Shown here one piece after another: positions 1 through 13,574 of a stretch of DNA of 64,000 nucleotides. The DNA is taken from the NCBI GenBank assembly GCA_050084985.1, contig JBITNC010000001.1, positions 202,554,001 through 202,618,000 on the forward strand, given 5' to 3'. Each line of letters begins with the position of its first letter. Position 1 is the first letter of the stretch. The position numbers and the translations under genes were made by a program. The DNA comes from Nageia nagi (taxonomy: Eukaryota; Plantae; Pinophyta). The notes below the pieces were generated by a model, which saw only the letters and a program-made list of their open reading frames with translations, was not told where the DNA came from and made no database searches.

Positions 1-729
1 GATCTAGTCTACGCAAAGAGAGAAGCTATTCATGGTCTGGTGAATCATTGCTCATGAAGGAGGAGGAGAAGTTAGTCATGTTCATGGTCTGTAGCTCGTA
101 GAGGAGAAAACCATTTCAAGCTCATGCACTAAAGGATGTAGGAGGAGTCACATGATGTTCGCATGGTGAGTGGTGCATGGTACGTGGTGCATGGCATGTT
201 TCATAGCCTGGAAGCTACTCACATTTCATAGCTTGGAAGCTACTCGCATGGAGGAGGTCAGAGGCTAGCACGGAGGAGGATGGGGAGTCATTCATTCATG
301 TGGAGGATCTTGCATGCTAGAGTGACTATTGCCATTTAATCCACCTATGTTACTCGATTGGTGGCCTGCACTATGAGGAGATATGCACACTATGAAGGAG
401 GTGGCCTGCATGAAGCTTGCAGAGGTGCATTGCTACAAGGAGAGGTTTCCAAAGACCAGAAATTTGTTCATATTCCACCCATGTGTTTGGAGATGTGCAT
501 GGAGGAGATGTATGTTGCTGAAGGAGATGTATGTTGCTGAATCTATCCAAGCCAAAGCAAGCCTGTGCTCATTCCATGGATGTGCTGTGGAGGTCCATGT
601 TAAATTGTTGCTAAAGAGAGAGTTGGTGTTGAGAATTTAAAAAGAATGATTAGAGTGTTTTTATGCATGAAACTGATATCCCTATTAATGAAGATTTGAA
701 GCTGCTAAAGATTTATTAAATCTGCACAA

Positions 730-2799
730 ATGGAAATGGAAACCATGTATGAAGACTTGTTACTGCCCAAGTTTGATGGACAAAATTATGCTTGGTGGAG
801 CATATTAATGAAGAACTTGCTCAAGGCTAAGGACCTTTGGAGCATTATAGAAGATGGGTATGCTAAACCTCCATCTTGGAAGTCTCTTGAAGGAGAAGAG
901 AAAATAGAAAAGAAGGAAAAGCAATATCAAAATTGCTTAGCTCTCATGGACTTGAGAAAAGCCATGAAAGAGAATGTTTTTCCCATCATTGCTAATTGTA
1001 AATCAGCTACAATAGCTTGGAAAGCATTGAAAGATTCTTTTGATGAAGGCTCATGGGAAGAGCCATGTTTTAAAGATCCTTTTGAATGATTTTTTGAAGA
1101 CATGTCTTATGAAGAAGGCATGCATAATGATGAAGAGGAATTAGATTGGCCTTGTTATGAAGAATGTCTCATGAAGGAGGCATGTCATGAAGAGTGTTCA
1201 TTCAAGACACCATTTCAGCCATATGATGATGAATGCTTTATGGAAAAAGCATATTGTGAACCCATTCTTATGATGGAGAATGAGGAGGAGTCAACCCAAT
1301 GTTGGCAAGATTTCTTTTTTGATAAAGAACAAGATGAAGACACCCTTGAGGAGGAGTGTTCCATGGCTGAAAACTACTCACATGGAGTAGATGAAACTCA
1401 CTCACATGGAGTGAATGAAGACAAGGCTCAAATCATATGTGATGATGATTCCATTGCTCAAGTTGATGGTGAAGACACCCAATGTGAAGATTACCAAGAA
1501 GAAACTCTCAAGGAGGAGAGTATATGTGAGAATCTTCTTCTTGTTGAGAAGAGAGGAGAAGATGAGGAATGCTTCATGGAAAAGGCACATGATGATTGTC
1601 TTATGAAGACAATATGGGATGATGATCTTAGAGAGGTCATTGATGAAGAAGAAATGGAGGCTATAAACTCCATGTTCATGCAAGAAGATCACTCACCAAG
1701 AGTGAATGACAAAGTATATCTCAAGGAGGAGAAAAAGAATAGTGAGATAGTACTTTGTGAAGATTACTATCTCAAGGAGGAGATAGAAGATAATGAGATA
1801 GCCATTGATGGACTTCATGGTGAAATGGAGGCATCAAAAGATCTTGAGAGTTGTCTCATAAAGACAACAATATGCAAAGAGGAACCATGGGAATTCCTTA
1901 TCATGAATGAAGAAATGATTGCTTTAAAAGCAACATCAAAGGAAAGATTAATGTGGATATCTACTCACCAAAACATCATTAGAGGAAATGATTTCTTATT
2001 TTTTGGCTTATTTGCTAATGCTACTAATGAATGTTTGCTGATTATATGTGTGAAGGATAGCTTGAAGGCTATGGAGAATGGAGGAGAATGTCTTATCAAG
2101 GCATTGCTTGAGGATTGCATCATGGAGACAACATTGAAGAGTTTTCCTTGGGAGAAGACATTGATGAAAAACTTGGGTCATGTGGATCCAAATGATGATT
2201 GTAAAATCTTAGTAAGGTGTGATTTTTTGAGTGATAATTTGTGTGAGGAGCAACTCAAAGTTACATATGTAATTAGCCAATGTGTGGCTATGTATTGTCT
2301 CAAAGTGTGTGTAGACATTTGTGAGAGAGTAGTGTGGTATAATGATTATTGTGAAATGATGAGAACATACTCATGTGGAGTATGCTATGATGTAATGAAT
2401 GTAAGAGCAAATGACTACTTGCAAACATGGTTTAAACACCATATAAAAAATGAGAGAGAGATAAAAGAATGGTTCAAACACCATTGTGAGAGAGATTGGT
2501 TCTTGAAAACCAATACTTATAGAATTGATGGAATGCCACTACAAGCATGGTTTGAAGACCATCCAAGAGATGAAAGAGTGTGGTTGATTAAAATCACATA
2601 TGGAGAGACTTTTGTTGAAGGGGGAGCTACTCAACAAAAGGAGGCACTCAATGAAGGAGCAACATCAACAACAATGAAGAAAACTCCATACAACAAGTGG
2701 AAGGAGTGCCAACACTTATTTCTTGCAAATTTTGATTTTCTTTTGTATGATTGGAGGAAACGAAAAAGGTTATGTTTTTTCCAACTTTGTAATGCTTAA
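730..2799 (+). pseudogene. Gag N-terminus fused to a long acidic, Cys/Met-rich repetitive ORF; one in-frame TGA at 1087-1089
   Basis: ORFs 730-1089 and 1102-2799 are in the same frame (offset 372). Internal repeats include ECxMEKA, HSHGV x2 and WF(K/E)xH x3. Confidence 0.7.
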
Positions 2800-2837
2800 G
2801 AACTCTTGCATGAGTTACTTAGCATTAAAGGGGAGAA

Positions 2838-3194
2838 TGTTGGAATTATACCCTACATATCCCTAAGTCCTAAGTTAATAGATTAATTAATTAGTATTAA
2901 GAGTATTTCCTAAAGTATTAATATTAGCTTGTGAGGAATATTTGGTCTATGTTGACCATATTCCATGCTTAGCCTATTTGTTAGGATAGGCATCACTTAT
3001 TGTCTTGTAGTTCACGTAGGTGTGCTATTTGTGATATTTGTTATGGTGTGAGAATATTGCATCTCAACTATTTAGCTTGTCTTGTAATGGCTCACAAAGC
3101 CTATATATGTAACTCATTTTGATGAGTAATATAGAACATTATAGTTCTCTCATGCATGTGCTTTCCTTCCTTTACAATCTCCATAAATTAACCA
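2838..3194 (+). repeat. 3' LTR (~357 bp) of the Copia-derived element
   Basis: Starts TGTTGG right after the PPT and ends ...TAACCA. TATA-like CTATATAT at ~3101. Confidence 0.65.
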
Positions 3195-3610
3195 TTAGTA
3201 CCTTGACATCATCCATAGAACTTTTATGGTTAAAACCAATACCTTGATATTTTTCCTTACCATTTAATAAGAAAAACTTAGCTAGGTACCTATTGATGAC
3301 ATTTTCCTCATATCCAATTGATAGTTTTTTTATATATAATTAAGTAGCTTAGTGCAATCATTGGTCCATTCCATTAGTGAATTTTCCATAAACAACACAT
3401 AATTAATTATTTACCATATATTATCTTAATACTTAACAACTTGAAATAAAATAATAACTTAAAAATAAAGTAACATAGTCATCCATATCAAGTTTAAGCA
3501 TTGAATATATATTAATCAAAAAGGGGTGATACATTATCTTTACAACTAAATACATCCATCCATCTAAACCCAATATATCAATTGCTTATGCTCACACCAT
3601 TAGTGGTATC

Positions 3611-4425
3611 TTAGTGGCTCCTATCACTCCTAAAAATCTTATACCTAGAGGAAGTCCTACTCAAACTTGACTTCTTTATCCCAATTTGTTTCTCTAGTAC
3701 TACAATATGTGTTTGAAGGTAAGCTTTCTCATTGGTCAAGTCCTCTATCTTAATGTTGTGTTCCAACACATGATCCATCATGCCTAGGAATTCTCTATCA
3801 TTTGAAGCATCATGCATCTTCCATAAGGTCTCCATAGTCTACTCCAAGAATGTAAACCTAATCTTCAGTCTATCTATTTATCCATCCTTGGTAGCCACCT
3901 CCTCCTTTAGGATTGCCAGTTCCTCCTCAACTTGTTGTCTCACATCCTTCTTCAAGTCTAGGTCCACTTTTATTTGTTCTACAAAATTAAAATAGAAAAT
4001 ACATGTTAGTCATATTATTTTTTGTAAGTACTAACTTATAGGTACATAAGGAAGCACACTTAATTCATTCTCAAGCTATTGTTGGGTATCTATAATGGGA
4101 ATACTAATGGACATATCCCATCCACCTTGCTCCCCCTATTTAGGTGCATCCTCCTTCCATACATCTTATTCCTCCTCATCATCATCCTCACCTTCCTCTT
4201 CCTCTACTTCATTTGCTTCACCTTCAATTTTCTTTGCTAAACACACCAAACTATACAAACCAAGAGGATTTGGTATTTCTTTAGCCCACTATTTCAAGTG
4301 CTCATAATCAAATTAAGGCCCATATGATACCTCAAATCCCCCATCATCTATGTCACTCCCTAAATCCTAGTCTTGGAGAGGGTCCCATTACTATTCCCAC
4401 TTGATAGGAATCTCAAATAAATTAG
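3611..4425 (-). pseudogene. 3' half of the antisense PMD gene of a Tat/Ogre Gypsy element (acidic linker plus coiled-coil exon)
   Basis: The frame continues across the MULE insertion: RVYD (right flank) PNL (overlapping the TSD) FEIPIKW (left flank). Glu-rich stretch at 4170-4225, AG acceptor near 3980, coiled-coil ORF 3611-3835. Confidence 0.6.
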
Positions 4426-4990
4426 GTAAGAGCCTATCCTTTGATCAAATTCACACATACATCATGTGCATGTATCAAAAATAACACTAGTCATATATCA
4501 GTTCCACCACTGCCATCTCTTCTCAATTCCACCATTTCATTTTGATATATTATGGGCATATATTAAAATTGATATTATGGGTGTATATCAAAGTCCACCA
4601 CCTAGCCATCTTTTGACTTCATCGCTATGCTTAGATATATCATGGGCATATATAGAAGCTATATCATGGGTATATAGTGAGAGGAATTGAAAAAATCCAT
4701 CGCTCCAATGATATATATCATGGGCATATAGTGAGAACTTGAAAATTTTTGGAATTTTTGAAAAAGATATATTATGAGTGTATATTGGTTAGGATATCAT
4801 GGTTGTATATCAATAAATAAGAATAGAAAATTTTGAAATTTTTGGATGAGATATTATGGGTGTATAGCAGTTATATTATGGGCATATAGAGAGAACTACA
4901 AAAAATTTAACTACAATTTTAGTTATATTATGGATGTATAGAGAATATATCATGGGAATATAATGTATACATTATGGGCATATAGAAATA
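4426..4990 (+). repeat. Left TIR of the MULE, with many ATATTATGGGCATATA-type subrepeats
   Basis: More than 10 degenerate AT(T/C)ATGGG(C/T)(A/G)TATA motifs, inverted relative to 27010-27572. Confidence 0.85.
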
Positions 4991-5748
4991 ATTATAAAAT
5001 AAATTTAAAACTCACCAAACTATGCTATGTACCTACCAAGTTGTTTAACTTTTTCCATGCATATTGAATCACTCAATCCTCTATAGTTGCAGAACCCTGG
5101 ATCTCTAAGTGTGGGACTTTTTTTACAATGTATGTTATGCAAATGAAGTCTAGGTTTATGTTTTTCTTTTGATTTATACTTGCATGTTGATATATAGGCT
5201 TATTTATGTAATTCTTTTTGCATAAATAAATTTTTAGCTACTTATAATCTTACCCATTGTAATATTTATACCCATTGGAATTTTCATAACATTTTTGCAT
5301 GAACAATGAGAAAAATTTGCAAGCTAGGAAAACTCTTAGAATAATACAACATCAAGATGATATAGGGAAACAAAGTTATAGTTATGAATGAAGAGAAAAA
5401 TATAGCATGGCATACAAACAAGATTTTAATAAAAAAAATGTAATATTGTAAAGGTTTTAAATGGAGCATATCTAAAGCACAAACAATGTCACTTTAGATC
5501 AAGTGTTGGTCAATGTAGAACATGTGAGTATAGAACAATAATGGAAAAATAATATATATAATTACAAGCTTGTTAGTATAATTTTGAGGTAAAGTGATAG
5601 ATAAAATATATTAACTATAACCAAAATTACATCATTTAACATTAGCCTAGGGAAGGAGCAGACAAACACCCAAATGATTAAGTAAGGAAGTCAAGCTCTA
5701 AAACATAACCCACATTTTAGTCCAAAACAACATCCTATAGCTTTAGAA

Positions 5749-7330
5749 ATGGCTAGAGACTTGGTAAGAAGGGATCCAAGCTCAACAAAGGAGACTAGGA
5801 AGAATGCATAAGTATGACATCTTCTTTGTGAGGGAGGTTTAGATAGGTTTATGAATGCATGCAAGGGCAAGGATGAATAAATTTCACTAGAATATACACA
5901 ATCTTGGAATGAAGGCATTTTCAATGCTAATGGTTTTGGAGTTGGTATTCTCAATAGAGAAAATTGCCTAAGCAACCCACCTACCAAATATAGGAATAGA
6001 AGTAAGAAGGGAAGATAGGGTGAATAAGCTTGTAGCCAGACATAACTTCATTCAAACCTATATGTAAGGGCTCAATTTGGATAAGTTTTAGATAGGGTTA
6101 TTATGAAATTGCATTCCAAGTTTTTGGAAGGAGCTAACTAGTTCTGTGATAGAATATATAACTCTTGAAGAAAGGTACAATAAGTTTTATGCCCATATTT
6201 TTAATCTTATCAACCACTTTATGTTTCTTGAAATAGAAAAGGTTAATTTTGTCTTCTTTGTTTTCAATTCAATGAGAATTTCTATAAAGAAATTTAAGGC
6301 AAATTTATCACCATGGCTAATTCATGGTGGAGTGATAAAACTTGTGTATGAAAGAGCCTTGGAAAATATACCTAGGAGGATGCCAAGGGTAATAATCTTT
6401 ATTGGAGATCAGGTATTAGACACAAAGGAGAATAAGAACCTTGGGATTAAAACTTCTAAGCAAGAGAATAAACCCCTCTAGCCAATGTATTCAAATTGAA
6501 GGAGGGAAGAAATCTAATGAAGAGAAAGGAGAGCCAAGAAAGGATCCCACTATAAGGGAGACAAGGTCAAGGAAAGGGAAAGAAAAACTAATATTTGGGG
6601 TAGATAACATTAATGGGGAGGATAATGCATCATAGCATGGTAAATAAATGGGGGACATGTCAAAGATAACTAAATAAGAGACAATAGCACCCAACAATGT
6701 GGTCATAACAAAGGTAGACTCATTTTTCACAGAAATAGCAAAAATTGGTAGAGAAGTTAGAAAAAATATATATAAAAATGCAATAAAGCAAGAGGAGGGT
6801 AAAAAATAATAATGAAGTGATGTAGTGGAGTACAAAAATAATCCAATCTTAGGGATAATAAGGAGCAACACTAAATTAAGGAACAAAGAGGAATAAGGGG
6901 AGGATAAAGGAGCATTTAAAGGGGTGCAATTTATTAATTTGGAGGAACAAACACCTCTAAAGGAGTTAAAAATTAGATAAATTAGAAATATATTTATGAA
7001 AGCACCATAAATTCATCCTAAGGGAGATCTAAGGGGTAGAAATTCAAGCCTTCCAATTTAGAGACAATGGTACAGACCCAATAGGAGAGGGTAAAAGAGT
7101 TTTCAATAAGGAGATCTTTTAGTAATAAGATCCATAATGAGATGTTTGCAAAAGCATTACTAAGAAAAGGTACTCCCAACCCAATATATTATGAAGTTAA
7201 ATAGAATCTAGGATTTAAACAAATAATGTTAAGAAAAATGTACAATAAATACTACAAGCATAACTATGAGGAGCAACAATTCATGCCCCTTTCAAGAAGC
7301 CCACCATGATGGCAAGGGAGTGAAGCAGAA
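5749..7330 (+). pseudogene. Decayed intronless ORF of a gymnosperm-type repeated TE-associated family (function unknown)
   Basis: MARDLVRRDPSS..LCEGGLDRFMNACKGKDE*ISLEYTQSW and IEYITLEERY..IFNLINHF..VNFVFFVFNSM..LIHGGVIKLVYE, then a charged low-complexity tail. Many stops. Confidence 0.45.
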
Positions 7331-7859
7331 AAGTAGGAGTATTTTATGTTTATTTTTTGGGCACTACATAATGTATTGCTATTAGTTGTTTTGGCACTTA
7401 TTATTTTTGGGAACCTTATTATTTTGGACACTTACTCCATAAATGATGGTTGTCTTTAGAATACAGCAAGTATGCATGATGTGAAACTCCTATGTTTATA
7501 TTTATCTCAGCTATAAAGTTTTATGAAGAGCCTTACAAACTCAATATTTTTTAAAATTAATACAAAAAATGGACTTTGGGTGTATGTAAATAATGTATTT
7601 TTGTTATTATTTATTAATATTTTTATTTCATTGTATCAAATTGTGTTTGCCTCATGCATTTTATTAAAAAAACTCCCATACTTTAAGATTTTAATTCACA
7701 TTTTAAAGGCAATGGAAGTTTGAAACCAATGAATGCCTAATACTATGCTATAATGTAGCTTATATGTTTTATTTTATATAATTAATTGAAACACAATGAT
7801 ATTGAAATGGCATAGAATTTTTAATCTACCTATCCAAGATATCCAAGGAAAATAACTAT

Positions 7860-10440
7860 TTTTGTGAAAAGATTAACATGAAGAGGAATACCATGCACAA
7901 AAGGAAAGACATATTCAATTATTGCAATACCTTTATGCGGGTTGATTGCTTTCAAAAGGGGAGAAGAATCTAATATTGATGCATAAGGCATATTTTTGTG
8001 TGATAAAAATAATAAAAAGGGTCTGAAAGGCAATTACAAATCAAAGGCCATCATACGTGAAATGTAAGAAAATATTTTTTTTCCAATTTCAACATTGCAT
8101 TAACTTGTCTTCAAAAGTAATATGATTCTAAATTTTTTGTTTACTATATAGTTATTAGTGTACTTATTGTTATAAGTATCCACCTCCTCTAAAATGGAAG
8201 AGGAATTTTAGAAAGAAAAAGGTTTTCAATGTCATTTTATTGTTAAGGTATTCAAAATTTTATCTGAAATTGCATTTATTACATACACTAAATTTGAACA
8301 TGTTACACTTGATGGACAACCCTACCATGGAATGCATGATACAAGCAAAATAAAAAATGGAAGGACCAATTCTACTTCACATATGTTGAAAGATACTAGT
8401 TCTTTGATTGAACATTGCTAATAAATGGTGTTTCAGTTAATACAATATGTAATGTGCAATTTATGCATGAGTATTTTAAAAATGTACTTGCAATTTGAGA
8501 TCATTGCATTTTAATAAGGTATGTTAAAAATATATACAATAAATTGAAGAGGGGTAAGGTACATAAGGCTAAAAATGATGTCACTATTATGGAAGGATGG
8601 TACTAGGCCAACAAGGAATATATATATATATATATATATATAAGAACCCTAACCATAAAATTGAAAAAATTGTTATTGGTATTCAAAAAGAATGGATGTT
8701 GGATAAGATGGTGGAATTATCCCATAACAACATAATTTCAATGGATTCAACCTTCAATACTAATTTGTATGGTGTAAGTATTGCTAATTTTTTGCATAGT
8801 TGTTTATTTTTTCATTCTTGATGTTGTCCATAACTAAATTTTTGTACATTGTTGATTTTTCTGCATTGTTAAATTTTTGTGTATTGTAGTACCAATTTTA
8901 CACATTGCTTACATTTAATTCCCAACAAAGTGGTCTACCTATGGCTTGGGTTGTCACATACAAAAATGGTGTTGATGACATAGCTTAGTGACTTGGAATA
9001 TTAAAAAAGCATTTTCTAGAACACTAACCAAATTGGTATGTGAATGTTTTTCTTACTAATGATGTTGCTTCAAAAATCTAGGCCATTGGGTTTATGAATT
9101 TATTTTATTTTTAAAAAAATGCAAAACAAGTTCAAAATAAAATTATTTTGAATTTCAAGAGTGTTCTTTTCTCATGTTCATCTCATATATTTGTTTATGT
9201 TGTTGCATGTATACCTAGGAAAGTCTTTGGTTGCAAGCATTTGTTGTGTGTCTGACATGTGAAATGAGCTTGGTTAAATAAGACCTATAAGGTATCAAGT
9301 AAAGAGATTGGAAGAAAAATATTTGCAAGGTTAGATAAAATAATATCCAAATGCAAGGATGATGCATCTAGGAAAGTAGTTGTATCTAATTTTTATGCTA
9401 ATTTCCATAACAAGAAGGATTTTATAGATTACTTAATTGGTAATTAGTTCAATGCTGATAGAATTTGTAAGTACACTCATAACATGTTTATATTTTTTAC
9501 TTTTTTTTCTCTTATCAAGCATTTGTGATTTTGATTCTACATTTTCAATTGCAGGTATGTAGGCAAAATACTATAGAAATTTTTTCCATTCCAACCAAGA
9601 AATAAATTCAACCATAAAGTCACATCATTGTACTTTGAAAACTAGATTTCTATGTCAAAAGGTAAGAAAATATGGTATAATAATGTATTTATTACTTTAC
9701 ATGCTTTTTTAAATAGTTTTTTTATATTATATAAATTTGGTTAAATTGAAGACACTAGAATTTTGGAACAATTACAAGAAGGAAAAGAATCTAGAGAGTG
9801 TAATACAGAATTCTTGTATGATATGTGATTCTCATTGTGTCCCTCATGAAGATGTCATTAGTTCATACTGGATGAGGAGTTAAACAAATGTGTCAAAATA
9901 ATATCTTGTTACCCTTTAAGGTGAATACTCTTACACATGCACTTGTGAGTGGGCCCTTCAAGGTAACACATACAAGCATGTATTTAAAATCATAAACATG
10001 TCAATTGAAACTATTAATTTTCCTAATTATACAATGACACCTACACCTAATACCCCTTATTCTCCTTACAAGATATCCTCACCTCATGTTAATAGCTCCT
10101 AGGGTTAGGAATATTAGGTTGATCATTCATCTCCCAAGCATGGTTAAAATCATTGTTAGAGAAATATTATGATACTCCCAAAAGTAAGAGTTAGTTTATA
10201 GGTATGGTTATGGATATGCAACCTAGGTACCACCAATTTTCATTCCCATAAGACTCTAATGTAGCTAAAAGGTTCGAAAGAATAATGAAGAGTTGGATGA
10301 GTCCTTCAAGTAAAATCAAAAGTGGATCTCAAGAAATGAAATCATGTGGCTTAATTATTGATGCCCAAAAAACCTTACCTATGTCTTCCCAAGATCAAAA
10401 AATCTTGGTTGACCTAATACAACATAATTTCAAGGTAAAC
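7860..10440 (+). pseudogene. Spliced MULE (MuDRA-like) transposase with SWIM finger, At1g60560-like subfamily
   Basis: KKGFQCHFIVK (~8215), FEHVTLDGQPYHG, SMDSTFNTNLYG (~8736, first catalytic D), GLPMAWVV, FLTNDV, LLCV*HVK*AW (9241; CxxH) and SWIM CTCEWALQGNTYKH (9938-9979). GT-AG introns at ~8774-8889 and ~9467-9554. Confidence 0.85.
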
Positions 10441-11499
10441 ACTATGTGATTTAATTTTATTTTATTCATAGAAATCATTTTTCATAAATTCTAATTTTAA
10501 TTCTACTTTTACTCTTTCTTGCATATGATCATGCTGAATCAGAATCAACATGTAAGTCTTTATTATTGTCAACCATAGCTAATCAATATGATGTAGGGGA
10601 AAATTAGAATCATAATATTGGGCATAGAATTTAAGATCAATGTTAAACTTTATAATAAATACATTAATGTTCATTTTGATTTTCACAACTAGGATTGTAG
10701 TTAAGATTTTTGTACTCTTTTTACTATTTGCATATGTAGACAAATATGATATTATTAGTAAATTAATGGTGAAGGCATACCTTAGCAACCAAATGAGTTA
10801 TTTATATCCTCTATATGGATCTGAGATATTATTACATGTATTTTATTTCATCATAATAGTTGAGTTGTGTATGACCTGAGTTGTGTATGTCCTATGTATG
10901 GATTTGAGTTATTAGCATCATAATATCTAAGTTACTGGTATCATAATATCTATGAGAATTTCTTAAGAAAAATATACCTAAAGAATGAGAGTAGTAAAGA
11001 AAATATTATGAGAAAAATATGCATAAATAATTTTAGGGATGAAAATATTATTAACATAATGAGAAAAGAAAACAAGACATGAAAGAAATGAAATAAATGT
11101 GGAAAGGAGGCACAAAAGCTTGTAATAAACAAGACATAGTTACATGTCTAAATGTCCTACTCATGCATGGTTAAATTAAATACAATAAATGAGAAAAGAA
11201 AAGAAAATCCTTACAATTTCATGGTTAAAATTCCTACTATAAAAGGAAACAAGACATCACATAAATTAAAAAAGGTGCTATAGAAGTCTGTAATAAATCT
11301 TCAACATAAAGTAATTATAGGCAATCATTCATGCAAGTGGATAATCCCTATTAAAAAGAGTCGATAAAGGATATGCAACCCTTTATCTCCCCAACTTGAT
11401 TTATATTGAAAGAGCATAGGAACCAAGATCATTATTTTCTAATGGAAGTATGGGTAATCATGATTTTGACTCGTATACCTACTCAATGTTAGATTGAAA

Positions 11500-11830
11500 A
11501 TGGAGCTTACATTTATAATGAACCCTAATATATACCATTATTCATGAAACCTAATATATTTGAAGATCCATATAATTTACTGATCATAAACCACATTCAA
11601 TGATCATGAACCATATTATATACATCCATACATTATCCTTATATATGCCCACAATATAATGTATCATATATATGCCCATCATATATATTTATATATGCCC
11701 ATCATATATCTTTATATACATCCATCATATATCTTTAATGTAACATTATTGATGTTTGCCATACACACCCATCATATATTCTTATATATGGTCATAGTAT
11801 ATTTATATATATGCCCATGATATATCTATA
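11500..11830 (-). repeat. Internal cluster of TIR-type TATATGCCCATCATATA motifs
   Basis: Same motif and orientation as the right-TIR subrepeats (27020-27450), but without the terminal GGCTCTTCC. Confidence 0.75.
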
Positions 11831-11869
11831 TGCAATTGTAAGCTATTTATCTCATGAAAAGGTCATGCT

Positions 11870-12260
11870 TATGAAAGCAACAAAACCATTGAAGGGTTCA
11901 TAAAATAGCATGTATGATTTGTATTGCATTATTTCCTAGTTATGAATTCAAAAAAACCATTGAAAGGTTTAGCATGAATGAATTGTGATACATTATTCAT
12001 GGTTATGAATGCAGCATTACCATTGCAAATTCTATATTAAACAATATTGTAATTAAAACATAGAATTTGTACCCAGACTTTTATAGCTCTATTATTCATA
12101 AAATAACATGTATTATTTCTTATTATGAATTTGTTAGAACCATTAAAAGGTTCAACATGAATGACTTATAATGCATTATTGGTTGTTATGAATGACTCGT
12201 AAATAATATTACAATTAAAACATAAAATTTGGGCCCAGATTTCTATAGCTCTATTATTTA
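11870..12260. repeat. Degenerate local tandem duplications
   Basis: AACCATT(G/A)AA.GGTT recurs at ~11884, 11955 and 12138. AATTAAAACATA.AATTTG..CCCAGA.TT.TATAGCTCTATTATT occurs at ~12051 and ~12213. Confidence 0.6.
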
Positions 12261-12669
12261 TAATTGTATAAGAGTTGTAAAAATTAGTTCAATATGATGA
12301 CTATGTACAAAAAGGTGCTTTTACAAATACTCCATCAATATATGTAAATAATATTTGAAAAAATTAATGAAGCAACATTTACCTTATAGAGTCATAAACA
12401 CAATCAATTATATAGTCATACACATAATTATATATTCAATGTCAATTATACATAGTCAAATATACACATCAAATATAAATTATTGTTCTAAATTTTATCA
12501 TCATAAACATAATGATGGCAAAAATATAGAGATTCAAATATACAATGTATGTATTTTAATCATAATTACAATTACAAAGTCTTATCTAGGATTATACATG
12601 GAAAATGGGACGGGAATGAAGCATATTTTTTTGTTGTGTGTGAAGAAGCCACATATGAAATATGAATGA

Positions 12670-13500
12670 GTGGACCTTTTTCATCTCTAGTCTCATTAAC
12701 ATCAAAATAAAATTTATTGAGTTGTGCTTGTAAAACATTATTTATATTTTCCTCCATGATTTTCACTGCTCTCTATTATTCCCATGTAGTGGGATGGTTT
12801 CAAATATAGGCAAGTATTCTTCCTTATATTTTTTTGCCTCCATAAGCATTTTGTTATGTAGAGTCATGTATTAAGTCATTCTGATGGCTTTATATTTAAA
12901 TCTCTTCATTGTGACTAATTCCTTTATGTCTCCATTATCCACTCCAAGGGTTACATGCCATAAAATTTAAAAGTCATAAGTTGCCACATCAAAAGTAAAA
13001 TAAAGTGCATTATACATCAAATCAAAGTAAACAACAACATACAAATTTGCATATTAGAAATATTCAAAATAAACTAAACTAAGCTAAACTACATTAATCA
13101 ATTTTATAGTACAATTTTTATTTACATCAATAAATACTTATTAATTTATGTTGTAACCTATTACACATAGAAAATTTTGAGGTAGTAAAATATCCTATGA
13201 GTATTTTACACGTGATATTTTGAAATATCACCTCTTGAAATGACTTGTTCCCTTTTTTTCCTTATTTGCTAGTGAGGTAAAATTCATAGGTGGCTTTTTC
13301 CCTCTAAGAGAAAGATTGGAATTATACCAAGCATCTCTCTTGCCTTCATTCCTTTTGATAGCAAGAGGATTTATCCTCGTGGTTAGTCTAGATCTATATC
13401 TAAGATCTAGTGCCTTCCTGAATGCTCATTTGTTACCTTTTGGTATGTTTGATTCATTAATTTCTTACATGAGAGAAGGATTAAAACAATGTTGTTAGGT
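12670..13500 (-). pseudogene. Probable further decayed exons downstream of the protease-like domain (unknown domain)
   Basis: Coding-like composition on the minus strand in two blocks (13200-13500 and 12670-12990) separated by an intron-like A/T tract; ORF 12572-12766. Confidence 0.3.
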
Positions 13501-13574
13501 TGAGGTTACTAAATGCCTAAAACAAGATTTAAAAACACATAAAACATTAATGCAAATACCCACCTATTTTTTTC

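Larger units (their letters stand above)
1..3194 (+). mobile_element. Non-autonomous Copia-derived LTR retroelement, 5' end outside the window
   Basis: Copia gag N-terminus (LPKFDGQNYAWWSILMKNLLKAKDLWSIIEDGY) at 730. PPT AAAGGGGAGAA at 2827-2837 is followed directly by a TG..CA LTR. No RT, INT or RNaseH motifs seen. Confidence 0.75.

Noticed and set aside
358-640. Short ORFs upstream of gag
   Set aside because: They lie in the repetitive 5' leader of the retroelement and show no recognisable domain.
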